Shown here piece by piece: positions 21,119 through 27,151 of a stretch of DNA of 27,151 nucleotides. The stretch is from a virus. The first letter of the stretch is position 1; the number at the start of each line of letters is the position of its first letter. The translations under genes and the position numbers were made by a program. The notes beneath the pieces are model-generated. The model was given only the letters and a program-made list of their open reading frames with translations. It was not told where the DNA came from and did not search any database. The stretch lies in IMG/VR virus record IMGVR_UViG_3300041956_000347, one strand, 5' to 3'.

Positions 21119-22003
21119 CTAGGCGGCCCGGATGATGTAGTTCAGGACGTAGAACGAGGGGCCGTTACTCGGCCCGCCGCCGGAGGTGTCAGCATCGATG
21201 GAGGCGGAGGCGGAGGCGGAGTGAGAGTGGGCGCCGGCGTTACCGTGAGAGTGACCGCCGGCGGGGTTCGTGGTCGGCCCGCCTCCACTTACAAGCGTAA
21301 ACGTGGTGCCCGAGGTTCCTCTCTGGCCAGTGTTGTAGAACGTGGTAGCGAAATCTCCCTGGGGGTGGCCGTGGTAGTGGTCTCCTACGGCTGGGTGATC
21401 GTGGTCCCCTACGCCGTTTATGGTGACGGAGACGGGGACGCCGGAGGTTACGCGGTGATGGTGGAGCGGATGCCTCGAGCCCTCGGCGAGGCCATCGGTG
21501 GCGCCGAGGCCGAGGCCGGAGCCGGAGCCTACGGGGACTCGTTTCCGGAGGTCCGGGAGGACGGTTCCGCCGAGGACGGTTTGGAGCCGCGGATAGGTGG
21601 CGCCCGAGAACGAGGAGCCATCACAGAGGAGGTAACCGGCCGGCGCCGAGCTCCCAGCGTAGGGGAGGATGGCTCCAACGGGAACCACGGAGCCGCTCTG
21701 GGCGCCGCCCACGGTTCCGAGGGCGAGGAGGAAATCCTTAGTGGCGAGGACGTAGACGGGGTAGTTCGTGCCGGCGCCGCCGATGGGAGCTCCGGCGAGT
21801 TTCGGGACGGGAACGGCGGTTCCGTCGCCGAGGTCCACGTTCGCGTAGGCGGCGGGGTTCGCCAGGCCGGTATCAGGGAGACCCTTCCCGATGAGGAGGC
21901 GGACCTCCTCGCCGGCCTCGAGGGCCTCCCGGAGGACCACCTCGAGGCTCCTGGTGGACGGGGGCGGCGGGACCGGCTGGAGCTCGGTGGGGCCCTCACT
22001 CAT
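21119..22003 (-). CDS. Tail-collar-domain fibre protein with His-rich C-terminal half, 294 aa
   Basis: VGAILPYAG..APAGYLLCDGSS.S...YP.L..VLGGT.LPDLRKRVPVG is the collar-domain pattern. ATGA overlap at 22000-22003. Confidence 0.7.
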   Translation of the reverse strand: MSEGPTELQPVPPPPSTRSLEVVLREALEAGEEVRLLIGKGLPDTGLANPAAYANVDLGDGTAVPVPKLAGAPIGGAGTNYPVYVLATKDFLLALGTVGGAQSGSVVPVGAILPYAGSSAPAGYLLCDGSSFSGATYPRLQTVLGGTVLPDLRKRVPVGSGSGLGLGATDGLAEGSRHPLHHHRVTSGVPVSVTINGVGDHDHPAVGDHYHGHPQGDFATTFYNTGQRGTSGTTFTLVSGGGPTTNPAGGHSHGNAGAHSHSASASASIDADTSGGGPSNGPSFYVLNYIIRAA

Positions 22004-23634
22004 GCGATTCTCACTCGGCGAGCCCTCCGGGCCTCCCGCCATGCCTCTCGGCCGTAGCGGGTGGTTCGGTAGCGGCGTGGGAGGTCGGCGTGGAGGCGGC
22101 CGGCGGCCGGCTGGAATACGCTCCGGACGGAGAGCCGCTGGGAGCCCTCGGGCCCGAGGTCTAGCTGGAGCGAATCGATTACGTGGCGTTCCCGCCGGCC
22201 GTCCTCGAATGCTACGTCCACGATATCGCCGGCCTCGAGGGCGGGGTTCGGGGCGATGGTGAGGACGATGGAGCGGGTTAGCCCGAGTTTCCTATCGAGG
22301 AGGGCGTCCGCCGCTTGACTGGCCTGGGTGGCGGTTGAAACGGCGGAGTTCGTCTCGAGCCGAACCACCTTCCCGAATGGGCCTCCCCAGCGGGTGGGAC
22401 TGGTGGGGTCCGAGTCATAGACGAGGCCGGAGACGGGGGCGTCTTGGCCGGTATTCTGGCCCTCTACGAGGACGCCGTTATAGACGCCGGTTCTATCGAG
22501 GGCCTCCTCGGCCTCGAGCATAACGCCGGTGTCCCCGGTATCGATGAGCCAAACCGGGTCTCCGAGGGAGCCGGTCTGGCCGGTGAACGTGAGCGTTACG
22601 GGGTTCGGAACCTGGAAGTTAAACAGGAATTCATAGTTGGCGGTGGAGGCTCCCACGTTTTTATCGAGCGTTACCTGGTCCGAACCATCGATGGACTTTA
22701 TTTTGGCGCCCGCCGGAGTATGCGGCTCGAAAACCGTCATTCCCACGGTTAGGTCCGTAGTGTCCGAAATCATGGTTAGGGTGGGCGTTCCCGCCACCGC
22801 CGCGGCGTTTTTCAGGGCCCAGGTATTTACCGGCCCGGTGAGGGTGATTTGGGAGCTCGAGTCTATGGACTTAATCCGCCGGCCAGGCGGGAGGCCCATC
22901 CCGTAGACGTTCATTCCCACGGCCAGGTCGGAGGTGGTGGAGAGACCCTTAACCACGGCCGTATCGTCCGTGAGGGTTCCGTTTCTGGTGATGGCCACGG
23001 AACCGGGAGCTCCGTCGAAAACGTAGTTCCCATCCGCGTCGAAATACACCTCCCCGGCTATCGAGTTCGCCAGGCCGGTTACGGCGTCCGCCCTCGAGCC
23101 GGAGTAGAAAACGTCCGCCAGGGTGATCGGCGGCGAGTAGAGCGTCTGGTAAGTGATGCCTCCGCCGAAAACCTGTTGGACGATTTCGGCGGCCGCGGTG
23201 GCGGCGAGTTTCCCGCCGCCGGCATACGGGGCGGTGAATGACTCGTCCCGAACCTGGGCCATCCTGTCGGCGAGCTCGAGGGAGGCCCGGTCCTCGGCGG
23301 TTAGCCAGGAGACGGATTCCACGCGGAGGACGCCGAGGCGGGCGAGCTCTACGGTTCCGTCCGGAAAGCGGATGCCTCTGGAGAGGATGCAGTAACCGCC
23401 GAGGGGGAGCGTCCGGAGGTCTAGGCCAAGGTCGGCGCCGGCGTCCAGGCTCCAGGGGATTTGAACGGTGCCGGTTCGCCGGATGAGGGCGGTCCGGTCA
23501 TGGGTGATGGAGCCTCCCTCTACGGGGACGGGGACCGAGCTCCCGAGGTTGGCGGGGAACAGGAGCTCGGCCTGGACGACGATTTGGTGGCTCTGCCGAA
23601 CCGATGCTAGGAACCGGGAGCTAACGGTTCTCAT
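22000..23634 (-). CDS. Baseplate hub/Tal-like minor tail protein, 544 aa
   Basis: Position after Dit. The N-terminus resembles siphophage tail-associated proteins. Two ~50-aa internal repeats (..TTDL.VGM.V....G.(R/K)IKSID...(I/V)TL) lie at roughly nt 22654-22983. Confidence 0.6.
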   Translation of the reverse strand: MRTVSSRFLASVRQSHQIVVQAELLFPANLGSSVPVPVEGGSITHDRTALIRRTGTVQIPWSLDAGADLGLDLRTLPLGGYCILSRGIRFPDGTVELARLGVLRVESVSWLTAEDRASLELADRMAQVRDESFTAPYAGGGKLAATAAAEIVQQVFGGGITYQTLYSPPITLADVFYSGSRADAVTGLANSIAGEVYFDADGNYVFDGAPGSVAITRNGTLTDDTAVVKGLSTTSDLAVGMNVYGMGLPPGRRIKSIDSSSQITLTGPVNTWALKNAAAVAGTPTLTMISDTTDLTVGMTVFEPHTPAGAKIKSIDGSDQVTLDKNVGASTANYEFLFNFQVPNPVTLTFTGQTGSLGDPVWLIDTGDTGVMLEAEEALDRTGVYNGVLVEGQNTGQDAPVSGLVYDSDPTSPTRWGGPFGKVVRLETNSAVSTATQASQAADALLDRKLGLTRSIVLTIAPNPALEAGDIVDVAFEDGRRERHVIDSLQLDLGPEGSQRLSVRSVFQPAAGRLHADLPRRYRTTRYGREAWREARRARRVRIA

Positions 23635-24506
23635 ACGTCATCCGGCGGCCAGGGAACCACGTTTATCGGGTCCGCCGCCGAGGGATCGTGGAGGACGTCA
23701 TCGTAGGTATCCCTGGCGGCCTCGAGGCCGGCGTAGGAGGTGTAGGCGTCCCGGATGCCTGCATAGGTGGCGATAAAGACGGGGACGTAGAGGATGGGGT
23801 CCGGCCTGTCTACCTGGACGGCGGAGATTATAAACCGGCGGTCCTGGAGCGTGGCGGCGTTTACTATCCGTTGCTCTTTCCATTCGGTGGCGGCGAAATA
23901 GATGGAGCCGATGCCGTTCTCCGGCGGCGTCCGGAGGAGGATGGGAACGCCGTTCCCGAGGGCCGCCCGAGTCCGGTCCCGTTCGGCGTCCGTTTCCGTG
24001 AGGAGGTTTAGCTCGAATTTCGGAGCTCGGGCGATATCGGACGTAACGATTGGCGTCCGCCGGTTGAGAACGTAATGGACGCCGGAGGCGGCGGCGTAAT
24101 CCAATTCGTCCATCCGTTCGATGATGGTCCGCTGGGTGTTCGTGGGGGCGGCGATATCGGTTAGCCAGGTGTCCGAGCATCCCTGGGTAGGGACGGTTAT
24201 CGAGGCGGTGGCCGCCGCCGAGGAGCTCCCGTCCGCGGCCGCGGCGATGGCCGAATAGGTGAGAGGGACGCCCAGCGGCGGCTCGTAGTCCCGATAGGTG
24301 ACGGTCCCCGGCGCCACGGCGAGCGGATTGCATCCCCGGACGTAAACGGTGGTTCCCGAGGGGGAGACCCTCGAGAGGTAGACGGAGACGGCGCCGGCGG
24401 GAACGGTGATGGTGGCTACCACGGCGTCCACGGCGGGGTCCACGGCGAGGGTGAGGCCAGGCGCCACCGGCGCCGCTCGAGCTCCTCGGCGAGCTCGAGG
24501 ACTCAT
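23631..24506 (-). CDS. Distal tail protein (Dit)-like minor tail protein, 291 aa
   Basis: Immediately downstream of the TMP, with ATGA overlaps on both sides. The call rests mainly on synteny. Confidence 0.55.
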   Translation of the reverse strand: MSPRARRGARAAPVAPGLTLAVDPAVDAVVATITVPAGAVSVYLSRVSPSGTTVYVRGCNPLAVAPGTVTYRDYEPPLGVPLTYSAIAAAADGSSSAAATASITVPTQGCSDTWLTDIAAPTNTQRTIIERMDELDYAAASGVHYVLNRRTPIVTSDIARAPKFELNLLTETDAERDRTRAALGNGVPILLRTPPENGIGSIYFAATEWKEQRIVNAATLQDRRFIISAVQVDRPDPILYVPVFIATYAGIRDAYTSYAGLEAARDTYDDVLHDPSAADPINVVPWPPDDV

Positions 24507-27073
24507 GGACGTCCGCCGGCGAGGAGTCTCCGGGCGAGCCCGGTATTCGAGTCCACGATTTCGGTCCGGACCATGCCGCGGAGCTCCTGGGAGCCTAGGT
24601 AAACGTGCACCTCCACCGGGCCGGCGGTGGCCTCGAGGAGAGCCATCCCGCCGGCGGTGCTCGAGCCGAGGGCGCCCATGGCGAGGCGGGCGGCGCCGGC
24701 GTTCCGTTCGATGCCGCGGGCGAATCCGAGCGCCACGTTCCGGCCGGCCTCCTCCATCACTTTCGATGGGCTCGAGATTTTAAGCTCCGCCTTTATGGCG
24801 TTATAGACGGCCTGGGCCATTTTCTTAGCGGCGGCCACGGCCTTATCGGTGGACTTGGCGATTCCAGCGGCGAGGCTGGGCCCGAGGAGGTTCCCCAGCG
24901 TGGTCATATCGAGGCCATACTGTTTCATCACCTGGTTAATCCGCGTCCGGGCGCCTTTCGCGGTGGCGTGGGCCGAGGAGAGATAGGTAGTGAGGGAGGC
25001 CAGGGACTTATCGAACGCGGCCTGGCGGAGCGTCTGTTGGCCCTCGAGCTCGGTTCGTTCGGTGGCGGCCTGTTGCTCGAGGGCGGCTACTTGAATGGCG
25101 TAAGCGGCATCGTTGTAGGCCCGCTGGGCGGCGAGCCGCTCATCGTCCGTGGTGGCGGCGTTTAGCTGGGTCTGGGCGTCGGCGAGGGCCTGTTGGCGGG
25201 CGGCGTCATCGTGGGCGGCCTGGAGGTCCGCCAGAGCCTTTTCGGCCGGCGTCTGTTCGGCGCCGAGTTTCGCGGAGAACGCCTTTTGGAGGAGGCCCTG
25301 GAGGGAGCTCGCCGCGGAGGACGCCTGGGCTTTAGCGGCGTCCATGGCTCGTTTCATGGCGGCCCGCATGGCGGCCTCTGCCTGGGGGGTCCCCTGTTCG
25401 ATTCCCTGGGCAAAACCGGCCATTACCTTTTTGCCGGAGTCAACCATCCATTGAGAGGGCGAATGGTGGAGCCATCCGGTGGCGCCGCTCCAGAGTGATT
25501 TCGCCTTATCGATGACGGACTGGAGTTTCCCGTAGAGGGCGCCGGCGGCTCCCTCGATTCCGTTTATGAATCCCTGTATAACGGCTCGGCCGGCGGCTAC
25601 GAGCCAACCGGCGGCGCCGGCGAATACGCCTCGGACGCCGGCGGCGATGGCTCGAGCGGCGCCCACGGCGGCGCCCACGGCTCCGCGGATGGCGCCTACG
25701 AGGGCGGCCATGGCGGAGCGGACGGCGGCTACCGCGGCGTTAAAGCCGGCGGCGACGGTGGAGCGGACGGCCGAGACGGCGCTCGAGACGGCGGAGCGGA
25801 CGGCGTTCCAGCCGGCCTGGACGGCTCCCCGGACGGCGCTCATGGCGGCGGTGACGGCGGCCTTTACGGCGTTCCAGCCGGCGACGATTACGCCTCGGAT
25901 GGCGCCGAGGGCGGCGGAGGTGGCCTGGGCGATAGCGTTCCAGGCGGCCTGGACGATGCTCCGGATTATGTTGAATTCCGTCCGGTAGATATTTACGAGG
26001 ACGGAGAGAATGGCCCGGACGCCATTCACGAACGCCATAACGATTCCCTTAGCGGCATCCCAGGCGGCGGACCAGTCTCCGCGGAGGAGGGCGGCCACTA
26101 GCTTTATGACGTCGGCGACGATGGTTAGGGCGGATTTTACGATGGTGGCCACGCCAGTAACCATGGGCCCGATGGTTCCCCAGTTGTCCCGGATAACGCC
26201 CACTACGGCGGCGATTAGTTGGCCGAGCGATTGGAAAATGGAGCCGAGGGATTGGAGGACGGGGCCGAGGCGGGCCATAATGGCGGGCCCGTTGTCGGAA
26301 AACCATTTGAACGCCTGTTGAATGTAGGGGATGGCTTTCCCTACGAGGTCTCCGGCGAAATTGTTAAACCGCTGTTTGAGTATTTCGATTTGGCCTGGGA
26401 GGGTTTTCCCCATGGCCGCGGCCGAACCGCCGAATTCCTTATTGAGCTCCCGGAGGATGAGTTTTTGGGCCTCGAGCGTATGGCCGCCCTCTACCAGACT
26501 GGTGATGGTTTTCTTTTGGCCGGCGGTGAAGCTAACGCCTACCCTCTGGAGGGCGGTTATGCCTTTTATCGGATCGTTGAGAGCCTTTCCGAGTTGAATC
26601 GCCGAGCTCCCCATATCCTGGCCAAGGGCCACGCTCATATCGGCCATGGTCTGAGTGGCCTGGTTGAAAATGTCGTTACCCTTCCCGGCTTTATTCTGGA
26701 CGTTCGTAAAGGTTAGAAGGAGGTTCTCGCCACTCTTTACGGCCTCGTCGTCCATCCCGGATTTTTTCATTATCGAGTTGGCCAGGTTATCTATGCCTTT
26801 GGCCGTTACGTTCGCCTGGCCGTGGGTGGACTTTAGGACGGCGTTCGTCTGGGCGGCTACTTTCGTGGACTCCTCCCATTCGCCGATTCCCGTCTGGAGG
26901 GCTTTCGTGAGGATGGCCACGCCGGCGCCGGCGGCGGCGAACGCTCCTACTTTGCCGATGGCGCCTAGCTTGGTCGAGAAACCCGAGGCGCCTTTCTCGG
27001 CTTTCCCCATCCCCTTTACGAGGTCCTTAGTGTCCGAAATGAACCGGACTACGATTTCAGGGTTACCGGCCAT
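24503..27073 (-). CDS. Tape measure protein, 856 aa
   Basis: Size, position, N-terminus MAGNPEIVVRFISDTKDL.KGM..AEK, and a long Ala/Gly-rich periodic helical region (AGWNAV..AV..A.SAVRGAV repeats). Confidence 0.9.
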   Translation of the reverse strand: MAGNPEIVVRFISDTKDLVKGMGKAEKGASGFSTKLGAIGKVGAFAAAGAGVAILTKALQTGIGEWEESTKVAAQTNAVLKSTHGQANVTAKGIDNLANSIMKKSGMDDEAVKSGENLLLTFTNVQNKAGKGNDIFNQATQTMADMSVALGQDMGSSAIQLGKALNDPIKGITALQRVGVSFTAGQKKTITSLVEGGHTLEAQKLILRELNKEFGGSAAAMGKTLPGQIEILKQRFNNFAGDLVGKAIPYIQQAFKWFSDNGPAIMARLGPVLQSLGSIFQSLGQLIAAVVGVIRDNWGTIGPMVTGVATIVKSALTIVADVIKLVAALLRGDWSAAWDAAKGIVMAFVNGVRAILSVLVNIYRTEFNIIRSIVQAAWNAIAQATSAALGAIRGVIVAGWNAVKAAVTAAMSAVRGAVQAGWNAVRSAVSSAVSAVRSTVAAGFNAAVAAVRSAMAALVGAIRGAVGAAVGAARAIAAGVRGVFAGAAGWLVAAGRAVIQGFINGIEGAAGALYGKLQSVIDKAKSLWSGATGWLHHSPSQWMVDSGKKVMAGFAQGIEQGTPQAEAAMRAAMKRAMDAAKAQASSAASSLQGLLQKAFSAKLGAEQTPAEKALADLQAAHDDAARQQALADAQTQLNAATTDDERLAAQRAYNDAAYAIQVAALEQQAATERTELEGQQTLRQAAFDKSLASLTTYLSSAHATAKGARTRINQVMKQYGLDMTTLGNLLGPSLAAGIAKSTDKAVAAAKKMAQAVYNAIKAELKISSPSKVMEEAGRNVALGFARGIERNAGAARLAMGALGSSTAGGMALLEATAGPVEVHVYLGSQELRGMVRTEIVDSNTGLARRLLAGGRP

Positions 27074-27151
27074 TACTTACGTCTCCGGGCCTCCCGGTTC
27101 CGTTGGCGTATCTCTCGGTTGGCGTATTCGATGAACGCCCGCCGTTCGGCG
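27025..27151. repeat. Terminal direct repeat, copy 2 (identical to 1..127)
   Basis: Same comparison as copy 1. Confidence 0.95.

Overview
This high-GC window (about two-thirds G+C by eye) has identical first and last 127 nt (1-127 = 27025-27151). It is therefore a circularly closed contig of about 27,024 bp. It reads as a complete, very compact temperate siphovirus-like phage or prophage with HK97-type morphogenesis genes.

Nearly everything is on the minus strand, joined by 4-nt ATGA/GTGA start/stop overlaps. Reading the minus strand from 14213 downward:
- Early/recombination operon: Zn-ribbon peptides, a secreted Rpf-like transglycosylase, a RecB-like exonuclease, RecT, a replisome-organizer-like gene carrying ori-like iterons, a resolvase-like nuclease and an HNH endonuclease.
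- Three winged-helix (wHTH) genes.
- A ~670-bp non-coding region with nested dyads and a ~25 % GC island.
- Portal, protease, capsid, neck, major tail and chaperone genes.
- Across the circular junction: tape measure, Dit, hub, two fibres, holins, an amidase and a second lysin.
- A small cassette: a double Xis-type HTH protein plus three coupled micro-ORFs.

Only three genes are on the plus strand. These are the large terminase (divergent from portal, an atypical orientation) and a leaderless wHTH gene followed by a large serine integrase.

I saw no tRNA, rRNA, CRISPR array, transposase or recognised defence system. I could not recognise a classic small terminase, a CI-type repressor, attP or a DNA polymerase/primase/helicase. 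All family assignments come from reading motifs in the translations, not from database searches. An actinobacterial-type host is an inference from the Rpf-like domain, the leaderless promoter and the fibre N-terminal motif.
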